Positions 22,421-31,581 of a stretch of 48,684 nt of DNA are shown here, one piece after another. Position numbers and translations under genes: made by a program. Origin of the DNA: a virus; the IMG/VR virus record IMGVR_UViG_3300036766_000644, positions 1 to 48,684 of that record; one strand, given 5' to 3'. The first letter of the stretch is position 1. Each line of letters opens with the position of its first letter. Under the pieces are notes generated by a model. It was given only the letters and a program-made list of their open reading frames with translations. It did no database searches and was not told the origin of the DNA.

Positions 22421-25204
22421 TTACACGCTCACGAGGTGAAGGGCGATGACGTTCAGGGGAGCCGGGAACTGGCACTCGACGTAGATCTCGAGCCGGTCAG
22501 CTGACGTCGGGGATACCGCGATGGAGACGAGCCGCCCGTCGATGATGGGGGCGCCGATGCGAGGACGGCGGCGGAGCTTCAGGTTGTCCACGCCCCCGGT
22601 GATGGAGGTGGAGACGAAACCCATGGTCTCCTTGTTGACGTTCCAGATTCCGAGGTACGCGTCCAGGATGTCCGCGAAGAAGAGCGACACGAAGTCGAAG
22701 TTCTTCACCATCGAGAACTCGCCGGACTGGAGAGTCGCGACGTCGGTGGTCAGCTGGTGCACCACGTACGGCAGGGCCAGCGGCGTGTCCTGCTGGAACA
22801 CGAACCAGCCACCGTTCGAGATGTCGGTGATGTTCTTGTCGCTGAAGTACGTGTTCGCGTTGTAGATCTTCGAGATGCCCGCGATACCCAGGTTGGTGAA
22901 GCCCTGGTGCGAGGGCAGGCCCGCGGTCATGCCGCCGACGGCGCATGCGAGGTAGTACCCCGGCTGCGAAGCGGCAGGCTGCGACACCGTCGGAGCGGCG
23001 GGGTCGCGAGGCAGAGAACCGTCCACCAGGCTGCCGACGTCGCAGAGGTCAGGCCACACGTTGACGACACGGCGGCTGTTGAGGCTCTGCGCCACTGCGA
23101 TGATCTCCGTGACCTGGCCAGCTTTGTCGAGGGTCCGGGCGATGCGGTAGGTCAGCGTGGTGGTCGCCGGGATGCTGGTGACTGGGCTGTTGCGCGACGC
23201 CCCGTGCGGGAGCTCGTTGGCAACGAGCGAGGTGTTGCGCCCGTTGTCCACGATGCGGAGCCGCTGATTCGACACGACAGCCGCCACCTGGAAGGTGTGC
23301 TTCTCGGTGAAGCTCTGTTGTGTCGGGTTCATCGGCATCTCCACCAGGTCGGTGGGGATGACGCCGGAGTCGTAGAACGTCCCGTTGGGGTCGTAGAGAT
23401 CGAGGAACAGCTTCGAGTCGAGAGTTGTCGCGGCGGGGACGAGGCCCGTCAACGGGATGCGATCCCCGACCGTCGCACCCACCTTGATGTTTACCGTGGC
23501 GGTAGCTGCCTGAGCACCGCCAAGCACCTCGGTGTCCACCTCGAGCGAGGTGGCGCTAAGCACCTGCGCGATGGTGTACGAACCGCTGCGGTTCGCCCCA
23601 ATGCCGCCAGTGAGCGTAGTAGCACCCCACGACATCGCGACGTTGTTGTCCGCGGTAACGATGCTGTTCCCTGCGACACCAGCGACCGAAGCGGTCGCGT
23701 TCATCGTGTCCCCTGCCCCTGCTGCGACGGAGACGAATCCGTTCGCAGTGGTAGCCGCAGCATACAGTGTCCCAGACCCGGGGCCGAGGTTGATGGCCGC
23801 GATCAGGTTGTCGATGGAGTCCGTCGCCAGAGTACCGATGAGCACGTACCCGTTGACGTTGGTGAGCACCGTCTTGAAGGTGTACGTCTTGGTCCCGATG
23901 GTGACAGTCGCACCATCAGCGGCGTTGGCCACCAGCGTCAGAACGCCGGTCGCTGCGACCGGAGTAGTGGTGTCCCCTGCGAGAACCAGGGTGTCCCCAG
24001 GCTGAACGTTCGAACCGACCAGGTTCAACGTGGAGAAGTTGAGGGTGTGGTAGGTGGTCGGAGTCGCGAGAGCCGCGTTGATTTCCGTCTTACCGTCGGT
24101 GTTCTTGTCGATGACGAGCTTGGTGACCGGGAGCACCGCCGAAGAACCGATGGCGACACGGAACTTCTGCGGGACACCGTTGGTGAGGGCGTAGTCCGGA
24201 TCTGCGAGTGCGGTGAATTCCGCGTTCAGCATCGCGAGAACCAGGATGTCTGAGCTCAGCGGGACTACCGCGTAGATGTCCTTGCGGCCCCCGATGGAAT
24301 CCTTCATCGAGGTGTACCCGGCGAGGTCATCCGTGCCGATGCCGAAGTACTGCACCGTGGTGTTGGTGTTCTGCAGGGCGACGGACACGCCGACGGCCAG
24401 GGGGTTACGTGCGTCAACCCGCCCAAGCTGCCCGACGATTTCATTCCCCGAGCCGAGAGTCTTCACGTCTTGCAGATCGGTACGCAGCGACCGGTAGGCG
24501 ACGTAGAGCTCGCAGGAGACAATGCGCTTCTGCGCCGTGCCTACGGGCAGAGTTGCGAGGGCGTCCACGGTGATGCTGTTGGTCGCAGGCACGAAGGTGT
24601 AGAAGCTCGCGTCGATCTCCGACTCGGCGAGAGTGCGCTCGATACGGAACTTAACCAGCGTGGCTGCGAAGCCCGTGGGGATCTCGCTGTTGAGGACGAG
24701 GGTGTTCGTCCCGTTGAAGTTGCCTGAGGAGTCCGTAGGGCCGACGATCGTCCGAGTAATCCCGACGGTCGGCGTCGCGGGGTCCGTCAGGACGATGGTG
24801 TCGAGAATCTGGACACCCGCCGCGACAAAGTCCGTCCCAGCGGAGCCGACGTTCGGGGTCAGGGCGGTGGTGGTCATGTCCGCACCGACTACCAGCTCGA
24901 CCTGGGTCTTGCTGGTGAACACGCGGACACTCGCCTGATCGAGGATGGCGCCGACCTTGTTGTTCGGTGCGTCTGCCCGAGTCACGGCGGCGGTAACAAC
25001 TGCTGCGCCCGTGGCTGCTGCGCCCTTCACGCCGTAATCGGTCGCGTTGGCGAGGCCCCACTTGATGTTGGCCCGATCATCAGGGAAATCTTGGAGCCAG
25101 TAAGCAGGACCTGCGACGAGGCAGTTCAGCTCCGGGGTGGCCGGGCTGCTGCTGAGGGTTGCAAACTCTTGGAACACCAGGACTACAGGGCGAGTAGCGG
25201 CCAT
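22421..25204 (-). CDS. contractile tail sheath protein (927 aa, with insertion domains)
   Basis: C-terminal PGYYLACAVGGMTAGLPSHQGFTNLGIAGI matches the conserved sheath segment PSGAVAGVYA...GV.KAPAN..L.GV. Thr/Val/Gly-rich and large. A tube candidate lies downstream. Confidence 0.55.
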   Translation of the reverse strand: MAATRPVVLVFQEFATLSSSPATPELNCLVAGPAYWLQDFPDDRANIKWGLANATDYGVKGAAATGAAVVTAAVTRADAPNNKVGAILDQASVRVFTSKTQVELVVGADMTTTALTPNVGSAGTDFVAAGVQILDTIVLTDPATPTVGITRTIVGPTDSSGNFNGTNTLVLNSEIPTGFAATLVKFRIERTLAESEIDASFYTFVPATNSITVDALATLPVGTAQKRIVSCELYVAYRSLRTDLQDVKTLGSGNEIVGQLGRVDARNPLAVGVSVALQNTNTTVQYFGIGTDDLAGYTSMKDSIGGRKDIYAVVPLSSDILVLAMLNAEFTALADPDYALTNGVPQKFRVAIGSSAVLPVTKLVIDKNTDGKTEINAALATPTTYHTLNFSTLNLVGSNVQPGDTLVLAGDTTTPVAATGVLTLVANAADGATVTIGTKTYTFKTVLTNVNGYVLIGTLATDSIDNLIAAINLGPGSGTLYAAATTANGFVSVAAGAGDTMNATASVAGVAGNSIVTADNNVAMSWGATTLTGGIGANRSGSYTIAQVLSATSLEVDTEVLGGAQAATATVNIKVGATVGDRIPLTGLVPAATTLDSKLFLDLYDPNGTFYDSGVIPTDLVEMPMNPTQQSFTEKHTFQVAAVVSNQRLRIVDNGRNTSLVANELPHGASRNSPVTSIPATTTLTYRIARTLDKAGQVTEIIAVAQSLNSRRVVNVWPDLCDVGSLVDGSLPRDPAAPTVSQPAASQPGYYLACAVGGMTAGLPSHQGFTNLGIAGISKIYNANTYFSDKNITDISNGGWFVFQQDTPLALPYVVHQLTTDVATLQSGEFSMVKNFDFVSLFFADILDAYLGIWNVNKETMGFVSTSITGGVDNLKLRRRPRIGAPIIDGRLVSIAVSPTSADRLEIYVECQFPAPLNVIALHLVSV

Positions 25205-25278
25205 TGAAATCTCCTACGTCGAAAGTCGTCGCTTCCCAAGGTATAGGTGAGCGAGGGGCGGGAAACAAACGCCTGTGG

Positions 25279-25977
25279 TCACTTGATGTACTGCTTCAGC
25301 AGGTAAACGTCGGGATTTGTTTCCTTGGAATCTCGGTACCGCAAAACAATGTCGGTCAGCAGAGGGCTGATGGGCAGGGTCGTCCAACGTAGGTCAAACT
25401 GCACTTCGAACGTGATGTGCGTTGACCACTGCCCCTTATCTCCCTCAAACGGAACAGTCTTCCCCAGGATAGGCGGAGTCAGCTCGTGGAGTCCGAAAGT
25501 TGATCGGATCAAATCACGCCCGGCCAAGATGTAGAACCAAACGATATCCCCGAGGATGGCGCTTTCACCTTTCGCGTCGGAGACCACTTCAATATCCATC
25601 GGCGCCGTGCCGAGGGCGTAGTACCCTGTGAGGCCCGTACGAAGTTGCTTCCCGGCCATGTTGCCGATAGCGACCTTGCCCGCGGACGTCTCACCCTTGT
25701 CGATGTAGATCGCTGGACGGTAATTTCGAACTTCAGTGTTCTCGTTGAACGCCGGTTCAATGACGATCCGACGAGGAGCGTCTTCGGTGTTCTCTTCCGC
25801 CGCGGTAGGAGTAGAATTCTCATTCCACGTCCACGCCAGGCCGTTCCCTGGCCGAAATCTCTCTCGCACGATCTCCGTGAAAAGAGCCACGATGGCCAGG
25901 GGGGAACCAACGGCGATATCTGCCTGCTGCCCGGCTACTCGGGGTAGCTGCTGGTTCTGGTTGTTGATGGTTCCCAC
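25279..25977 (-). CDS. hypothetical structural protein (232 aa)
   Basis: Lies within the tail block. Confidence 0.35.
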   Translation of the reverse strand: MGTINNQNQQLPRVAGQQADIAVGSPLAIVALFTEIVRERFRPGNGLAWTWNENSTPTAAEENTEDAPRRIVIEPAFNENTEVRNYRPAIYIDKGETSAGKVAIGNMAGKQLRTGLTGYYALGTAPMDIEVVSDAKGESAILGDIVWFYILAGRDLIRSTFGLHELTPPILGKTVPFEGDKGQWSTHITFEVQFDLRWTTLPISPLLTDIVLRYRDSKETNPDVYLLKQYIK

Positions 25978-25986
25978 GGGAGAAGC

Positions 25987-26817
25987 TTAGAACAGCGGAG
26001 GAATCCGTGTTGGGTCAACGACAATCCGGTATTCCACGGAACTACGGGCGAGCTCACTCACCTCGAGCTTCTGGTGCACGCCGACCGTCTTGAGCTCGGT
26101 CTGGATGACCGCCTTGACGATGAATCGCTTGTTGTCCTTGAGGAACACCAGCACATCATCAGGCTCAACCTTCGGAGCGTCGAGGATCGTCACTTGGGTT
26201 GGTCGATACTCCGCGATCCCTTGCGGGGCCAACTGTTTGGCCGCAGGTAAGGTACCGCGCCGACCAAGCGTCAAGATGGGCGCAAAGAAACCCGGGGTAA
26301 AACCCGTGCCGAAGCAAGTTGAGCAATTCGCTCGCGTAACCGCCTTCGTCGTCTTGTCCCAACACACGGTACATCGCGGCCCCCAGTGCATGCGCTTACA
26401 GACTGCGACCTCAACCCCGTTGAGCTTCTTGAAGGTGAGGCTCTCGTCTCGGAGGATCTTACGCTTCAGCAGACGCTGCGGGCCATCGAGTCGAGGCTCG
26501 ACGATAGAGACGACTTCAACCTCGTTGTCGCAGCCCGACGGCGGAGTGACCACAACGCGGTAAAAGATCCCTCGAGTCAGTGAGAGCTGGTTGATGGCTC
26601 CAACTTCCTGCGTTGAAGTCGTCGGAAGAACGTCACTGAAGTTGTAGATGTCTACCCCGCCAAGCGCCAGGGGTTCCCAAGGGCCCTCAGGTCCTCCGGA
26701 GCGGTACACATCAAAACGGAACGAACCGACCTCCGTGGGATTGATGAGATCCCACTGGAGGAACACCCCCCGAGGAAACAGCGGCAGGAGCCGCGTTATT
26801 TCAACGGTCATGGCCAT
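25987..26817 (-). CDS. hypothetical structural protein with Cys cluster (276 aa)
   Basis: Contains CKRMHWGPRCTVCWDK...CSTCFG. Confidence 0.35.
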   Translation of the reverse strand: MAMTVEITRLLPLFPRGVFLQWDLINPTEVGSFRFDVYRSGGPEGPWEPLALGGVDIYNFSDVLPTTSTQEVGAINQLSLTRGIFYRVVVTPPSGCDNEVEVVSIVEPRLDGPQRLLKRKILRDESLTFKKLNGVEVAVCKRMHWGPRCTVCWDKTTKAVTRANCSTCFGTGFTPGFFAPILTLGRRGTLPAAKQLAPQGIAEYRPTQVTILDAPKVEPDDVLVFLKDNKRFIVKAVIQTELKTVGVHQKLEVSELARSSVEYRIVVDPTRIPPLF

Positions 26818-27080
26818 TACGGCGCTGCCCCGATCATCGCTTCGTTACCTGCGTTGAGGAAGTCGCTGGGCCTGGTGGAGTTGAGTGCGTCGAACGCTTT
26901 ACCCACAGAGCGGTTCTGTCGCCCGGGCTCGTTGAACTGCGTGCCGTATGCACGACGGCCGTTGTCCGCCGAGATAGCGTCTTTCTTGATCGGACGCCCC
27001 GTCAACTCGAAGTTGAACTCTGCGAGCTTGAACACCGCCATCGCCGCGGTGCAGCCGCTTTGGTAGGCTAGCTTGTTCAC
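26817..27080 (-). CDS. small protein, AY-motif family (87 aa)
   Basis: Starts MNKLAYQSGCTAAMAVFKLA. Confidence 0.4.
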   Translation of the reverse strand: MNKLAYQSGCTAAMAVFKLAEFNFELTGRPIKKDAISADNGRRAYGTQFNEPGRQNRSVGKAFDALNSTRPSDFLNAGNEAMIGAAP

Positions 27081-27694
27081 TTGAGGCCCCCCGACCGGGA
27101 AACTGTTTCACCGCGAGCATGCGAAGCCGTCTCAGTAGCAACGTTGAGCGCCGGGTTCGCGGGAGGAGCGTTCCCTGTCGCCGATACGATCCCCCCGGGG
27201 GCTCCAGCGGTACCAGGGGTCGAGGTCGACGCCGCTGCCTGAGCCGGGATCGACGCAACAGATCCCGCCGCGGGAGCCGTCTTGGCTGTCTCAGTCGTTA
27301 CATTACTCCCGACAGGAGATACGCCTTTTGCGATCGAAGTAGCCTTCGACTTCGGGGGGTTGCTTGGCGCGAAGAGGGCCGCTGTCTTCCCCGCTGCGGG
27401 CGCGGGTGTGGCCACCGGAGATGCCACCGCCGCGGGAGGAGCCCCTGTCGCGATGGCGGCCTGTTGATTTGTGTGGCCTGCGCCCGCGGCGGATGGCGTC
27501 GGAACCATACCGTTAACCTGCGTGATCGCAGATGGCGCTGCTTTAGCGGGAACCATGTTCGGTGCGCCTCCAGAAACCGGAACACCGGTAGGGGGAGGAG
27601 CTACAACGCTGCCAGGGGCGCCAGCAGGGACTGCTGCGAACTTCGTCAACGCGTCCCTCGTGCCCCGGTTGTACGCCATTTCGATGATGCTCAT
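27077..27694 (-). CDS. Ala/Pro-rich protein, AY-motif family (205 aa)
   Basis: Starts MSIIEMAYNRGTRDALTKFAAV. The rest is low-complexity A/P/T/S. Confidence 0.4.
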   Translation of the reverse strand: MSIIEMAYNRGTRDALTKFAAVPAGAPGSVVAPPPTGVPVSGGAPNMVPAKAAPSAITQVNGMVPTPSAAGAGHTNQQAAIATGAPPAAVASPVATPAPAAGKTAALFAPSNPPKSKATSIAKGVSPVGSNVTTETAKTAPAAGSVASIPAQAAASTSTPGTAGAPGGIVSATGNAPPANPALNVATETASHARGETVSRSGGLK

Positions 27695-27978
27695 TGGAGA
27701 CCGCCTGTCGTGTCCGACTTGAGCTTGTTCGTCGGGGTTCCGCCCTGCATCGTGCTGTTGGTGTGGGCGGGCTGGGTGAAGCTGGAAGGATCAGTGAGCG
27801 CCGTAGCGTTGTAGTTGAAGTTCTGCCGGATGTTCTGGGCGCTGTCCCGGTGATGCGTCGTAGCGACCGGGGACCCGGTGTCCCGCCAACTCGACGCTCC
27901 GTCGGGCCCAGCAGCCGAAGCTCCGCCGAACTTGGCGAAGGCGGCACGACGACCCGCGTTGTAGGCGAAGTGATTCAT
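27691..27978 (-). CDS. small protein, AY-motif family (95 aa)
   Basis: ATGA coupling to the upstream gene. Starts MNHFAYNAGRRAAFAKFGGAS. Confidence 0.4.
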   Translation of the reverse strand: MNHFAYNAGRRAAFAKFGGASAAGPDGASSWRDTGSPVATTHHRDSAQNIRQNFNYNATALTDPSSFTQPAHTNSTMQGGTPTNKLKSDTTGGLQ

Positions 27979-28469
27979 GACGAGTGGAAGAACCTCGAGA
28001 CGTTGCGGTAGCCGGAACCGAGAGAACCGTAGCACGCCTCCATGTTGCGAGAGATCTTGTAGTTCTTGGCCTTCTCCTCGAACTCGGCCTTGCACATCTG
28101 CGCAAGGGCAAGGTACTGCTGCTGCTTGTCGTCGAGGCCGATGGGCTGGATGTCGCCGTCCTGGTAGGTGACCTGGTTGCGGGTCTGGCGGAACGCCTCA
28201 CTCATCGACAGAAACTCTGCGCAGCCAAGCAGCATGATCCATGAGTTGATGCCATCAACTGGGTCGCTCGACGGCGGTGTCATCACGTTGAAGCGCGCTG
28301 CCGTGAACTTGATGGCCCGCTGGAGCTCCAAGTCGGAGAACTGCGGGAGGTCGAACATGATGTTGTACGACCCGGTGTTCGGGATCTGCCCGGCGATATC
28401 GCGGATGAACCCACGGATATCATCCTGGGTGATGACCAACGTAGTCGTCGGTGTCGCGGTAACCGGCAT
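27975..28469 (-). CDS. hypothetical structural protein (164 aa)
   Basis: Coupled ORF in the tail block. Confidence 0.35.
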   Translation of the reverse strand: MPVTATPTTTLVITQDDIRGFIRDIAGQIPNTGSYNIMFDLPQFSDLELQRAIKFTAARFNVMTPPSSDPVDGINSWIMLLGCAEFLSMSEAFRQTRNQVTYQDGDIQPIGLDDKQQQYLALAQMCKAEFEEKAKNYKISRNMEACYGSLGSGYRNVSRFFHSS

Positions 28470-28475
28470 GGCTGC

Positions 28476-28904
28476 TTACCCCTGGAAGCCGCGGCAGGTG
28501 GTGGCCCAGCAGCGGGCGACCATGGCAGCGGTGGCGGTGGTCGTCTTGATCTGCACTGCTTGACTGGGACCAAGAGTCAACCGCGTGATGTACGACAGCG
28601 TGGCCGCTGTTCCGCTGGTCAAGAGCATGGACTCACCCGAGATGACCGCGCCAGTGGTATCGAGGTTCACGATGAAAACCTGGTAGGCGATCGAGCTACC
28701 GAAATCTGCCATGACGTTGTGCACGACGATGGGCTCCGACTGCTCGAAGTCGAACAAGCCGCCTTTGATGTCCGTAGCGAACTTGGTCATCCCGTTTCCA
28801 GATGTCTGGACGGACGTCGATTTTGCACCGGTGAACTGGGACCCGGCTGTGATCAGCTGCTGGATGCCTACGGGGCTTACGCCTACAGGAAGAAGAAGGG
28901 ACAT
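28476..28904 (-). CDS. hypothetical structural protein (142 aa)
   Basis: Lies within the tail block. Confidence 0.35.
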   Translation of the reverse strand: MSLLLPVGVSPVGIQQLITAGSQFTGAKSTSVQTSGNGMTKFATDIKGGLFDFEQSEPIVVHNVMADFGSSIAYQVFIVNLDTTGAVISGESMLLTSGTAATLSYITRLTLGPSQAVQIKTTTATAAMVARCWATTCRGFQG

Positions 28905-28913
28905 GAAAAGCTC

Positions 28914-29465
28914 CTAGACAGTGACTTCGGTTTTGTCGGGGCCGTACAGCCCCTCTTTAGCGAATTGGACGGTGTACGTGAAGCCCGTCGTAAGGGAAAT
29001 CGGGTTTATCCAGTTACCCTGTGCGTTGGTCATCGTAATGGCCAGCGGTGTCTCCGTGTTTCCTTGATCGAAGTCGGTCTTCCTATAGACGCGGATGACC
29101 GCAGCCTCGACGGGGATGCCCCCGGCCGTCTGATACCGGAGTGACCCGGGGAACCCGTAGTTGTGATCCACTTTGACGATGTTCGGGATGGCAGGAGCTG
29201 AGCTGACAGGCTGAAACGGGGTCGACGGGACACTGAGCTGGTTGACCGTGTCGATGGAGGTCAGCCGGTAGTACTTGGTCGTATCTCCGGTCGCGTCGAG
29301 GTACCAGAACACCCCCAACAGTGTGTCGTAGTTCGGCCCCAGGAGATTGTGAGGGACATTCACCAGCAAGGTCCACACAGGCGTCGTGAGGTTGTCCGAA
29401 CGCTCGAGGTTGTAGCTGGCGATATCCGCTTCGGCGCTGGGCTGCCATGTGATTTTGATGCCCAT
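28914..29465 (-). CDS. FN3-like domain protein (183 aa)
   Basis: ITWQPSAEADIASYNLERS...TKYYRLTSID follows a fibronectin-III-like strand pattern. Confidence 0.4.
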   Translation of the reverse strand: MGIKITWQPSAEADIASYNLERSDNLTTPVWTLLVNVPHNLLGPNYDTLLGVFWYLDATGDTTKYYRLTSIDTVNQLSVPSTPFQPVSSAPAIPNIVKVDHNYGFPGSLRYQTAGGIPVEAAVIRVYRKTDFDQGNTETPLAITMTNAQGNWINPISLTTGFTYTVQFAKEGLYGPDKTEVTV

Positions 29466-29779
29466 TACACGTCCTCAGCCTTTCCACCGCCCGGAGCCTT
29501 CGGAGGTGGATTTGGTGTTTGGTCCACCGCTTTGCCCTGTGGCGCTACTGGCGCCGGGTTCTCTAGTGTAGCCTTTCCTGAGGGCGGAAGCGGAATTGGG
29601 TTGAGCGGGAACGCGACTGCCATGGCTGTCGGAGCCCGAGGAGCCGGATTCGCCACAGCAGCGATAGGCCCACACGGAGGAAGTGGTCGCGGATCGACCG
29701 CGGCCATACCGTCCACGGGGAGGATGCTGGAGAGGTCGTCGTCGTGCAGGTACGCCTGCGTGGCGAAGTAGAGGGTCAT
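29465..29779 (-). CDS. Pro-rich hypothetical protein (104 aa)
   Basis: Coupled to flanking genes on both sides. Confidence 0.3.
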   Translation of the reverse strand: MTLYFATQAYLHDDDLSSILPVDGMAAVDPRPLPPCGPIAAVANPAPRAPTAMAVAFPLNPIPLPPSGKATLENPAPVAPQGKAVDQTPNPPPKAPGGGKAEDV

Positions 29780-30285
29780 AGGACGCGATCAATCCTGAAG
29801 AGGTTGTTCCTGCCCTGAACATCGTACGTCGCCAAGATGTGCCACTCAAACAGCAAGCCCGTGACGCCAGCGGCCTGTGCGTTCGCAGCGGAGTTGTACC
29901 CACGCAGGCGCGAACTGAGGAGGCGGCGAGCGCCGTCGTACACCTGCATGTCGAGGACGGTGTTCTCGTGCTCGAGTGCCAGGAGCCGGAGGATGTTCGT
30001 CTTGTCGGAGTTGACTTCGACCGTCTCCCCCTGCTGCGGGTAGTCGTAAGCCACGACGGTATAGCCTGGGTTGGTGAAGAACTCGTAGATCGCGGAGTAG
30101 TACCCTTCGGCCGTCGGGGTCCAGTTTACGGAGTACAGCCCCTTCATGACGTGCATCGGGTACAGCGTGGCTTCGACGGTGAGCGCGGGATTCAGGATGG
30201 TGACACGCACGTACAGGTCCGTCTTGCCATCGTTAGCAAGCGCTTGAAGCGGAACTGGTTCGTTGAGCGTCGCCCGGAGAAGCAT
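29776..30285 (-). CDS. hypothetical protein (169 aa)
   Basis: Lies within the tail block. Confidence 0.35.
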   Translation of the reverse strand: MLLRATLNEPVPLQALANDGKTDLYVRVTILNPALTVEATLYPMHVMKGLYSVNWTPTAEGYYSAIYEFFTNPGYTVVAYDYPQQGETVEVNSDKTNILRLLALEHENTVLDMQVYDGARRLLSSRLRGYNSAANAQAAGVTGLLFEWHILATYDVQGRNNLFRIDRVL

Positions 30286-30302
30286 GCCGCCTCATTTTAG
30301 GC

Positions 30303-30884
30303 TTAAGTGACAGACTTCACTCCAAGGCCCCCTTCGAAATACTGCATCAGCGTCTGCGGGTCTACGGAATCGGGGTCCTCCTTGAAGTCTTCATAGCCGG
30401 GTGACTGCTGCAGGGCGATGCACACGGCTTCGGAACAGAATACGTTCTGTGCACCTCTCAGGGGGTTCTTCCACTTACGCTTAAGCCAGCGTCCGAGCAT
30501 CACGACGATCTCGCCGAGGAGCCCGCCGTAATCGTACATCGTGCCGAGGTATCTTTTAGCAACGTAGATGAGCCCGACATCAATTGACTTCACGGGTACG
30601 AACACCGCGACGAGCTGGTTCTTCTTCTTGAAGTGTTCGAAGGGCGTGAGCCTGAAGCCGAGCTCGTGCGCCTCCATCACCATGTCCATGTCGAAGTCAG
30701 CGTCATGGTAGATGAAGAAAGCGTGGCTCGCCGTCGACCCAGTGAACTTCCGCACCAACCAGGAGACAGGGTTGAAGCGTTTTGGCGTGCTGAACCCAAT
30801 GCTTACCGGAGCCGGGGGCGCCAAGACCAGCGGACGCTTGATGTCGGGGGTTGTCGTCTCGTTCCAGCAGTGGGGGCAGATCAT
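30303..30884 (-). CDS. putative Cys/His peptidase-like protein (candidate endolysin)
   Basis: ATGA-coupled to a TM+coiled-coil gene. Contains ...TASHAFFIYHD... and a later ...NVFCSEAVC..., consistent with a permuted papain-like (His before Cys) arrangement. Confidence 0.3.
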   Translation of the reverse strand: MICPHCWNETTTPDIKRPLVLAPPAPVSIGFSTPKRFNPVSWLVRKFTGSTASHAFFIYHDADFDMDMVMEAHELGFRLTPFEHFKKKNQLVAVFVPVKSIDVGLIYVAKRYLGTMYDYGGLLGEIVVMLGRWLKRKWKNPLRGAQNVFCSEAVCIALQQSPGYEDFKEDPDSVDPQTLMQYFEGGLGVKSVT

Positions 30885-31273
30885 TTCTTCTTCGCCTTGT
30901 ACGCACCAAGAGCCTTGTTAAAATCCGGAGGCGGCAGGAGCTGAACTGGTACGTCGGAAACGAGGTCGCCGGAGTTGTCTTCTCCGGAGGAGAACTTAGA
31001 CTTTGGGAGCAGGGGGTGCACCCCGGGAACCGATTTAGCGATCTCCACGTGCTCCTTGCGCGCTACCCGTAGCTGCCCACGGATCTCAGCCAGCTCGATC
31101 GCATGCTTGTACGACTCCCCCTGAAGCTCTTTCACATTGGCTTGCATGGCGACGTAGGCCATCTCAGCCCGGATCTTCGCCTCGTCTGACTCCGCTCTCG
31201 CTGCAAGGTACGTGAAGAAGGAGGGGACAATTGCGGTGAGTACCCCGAGGAGGATCTTCCAGTGCATCTTCAT
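30881..31273 (-). CDS. N-terminal TM anchor plus coiled-coil protein (i-spanin/Rz-like candidate)
   Basis: Starts MKMHWKILLGVLTAIVPSFFTYLAA, followed by a charged helical region. ATGA overlaps on both sides. Confidence 0.35.
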   Translation of the reverse strand: MKMHWKILLGVLTAIVPSFFTYLAARAESDEAKIRAEMAYVAMQANVKELQGESYKHAIELAEIRGQLRVARKEHVEIAKSVPGVHPLLPKSKFSSGEDNSGDLVSDVPVQLLPPPDFNKALGAYKAKKK

Positions 31274-31581
31274 TTTTTGACTCCACGCAAGCGGTCGTAC
31301 CCAACGAAGGCGATCGTGAGCCCCAGCACTACTGTGAGCGGATCCGAAAGCCAGGCGTTCCACCAGGACTCAGGTGACTGCCAGATATTTGGCCACCGGG
31401 GTTCAGCGAATCGTTCAAAAGCTTCCCACATCAGAGCGGAGCTCATGCAGAGGATGCTGAACACTGAACGATTGAACGACGCCGCGGCGATACAGCTACC
31501 GATGAAGATCCAGAAGCTCAGATGGATGATGCTCCAGTAGTCTAAGAACGCGTACCCCGCATCACCAATGAGCCAGCTCAC
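31270..31581 (-). CDS. 3-TM small membrane protein (holin-like candidate)
   Basis: Hydrophobic segments IIHLSFWIFIGSCIAAASF, VFSILCMSSALMW and PLTVVLGLTIAFVGY. Charged C-terminus RLRGVKK. Confidence 0.4.
   Translation of the reverse strand: MSWLIGDAGYAFLDYWSIIHLSFWIFIGSCIAAASFNRSVFSILCMSSALMWEAFERFAEPRWPNIWQSPESWWNAWLSDPLTVVLGLTIAFVGYDRLRGVKK

Noticed and set aside
22757-24253. 498-aa plus-strand ORF antisense to the sheath gene, and similar ORFs at 19856–20939 and 13647–14426
   Set aside because: These are Arg/Gly/Asp-rich mirror-frame ORFs of long minus-strand genes. They have no RBS and no coupling to neighbours.
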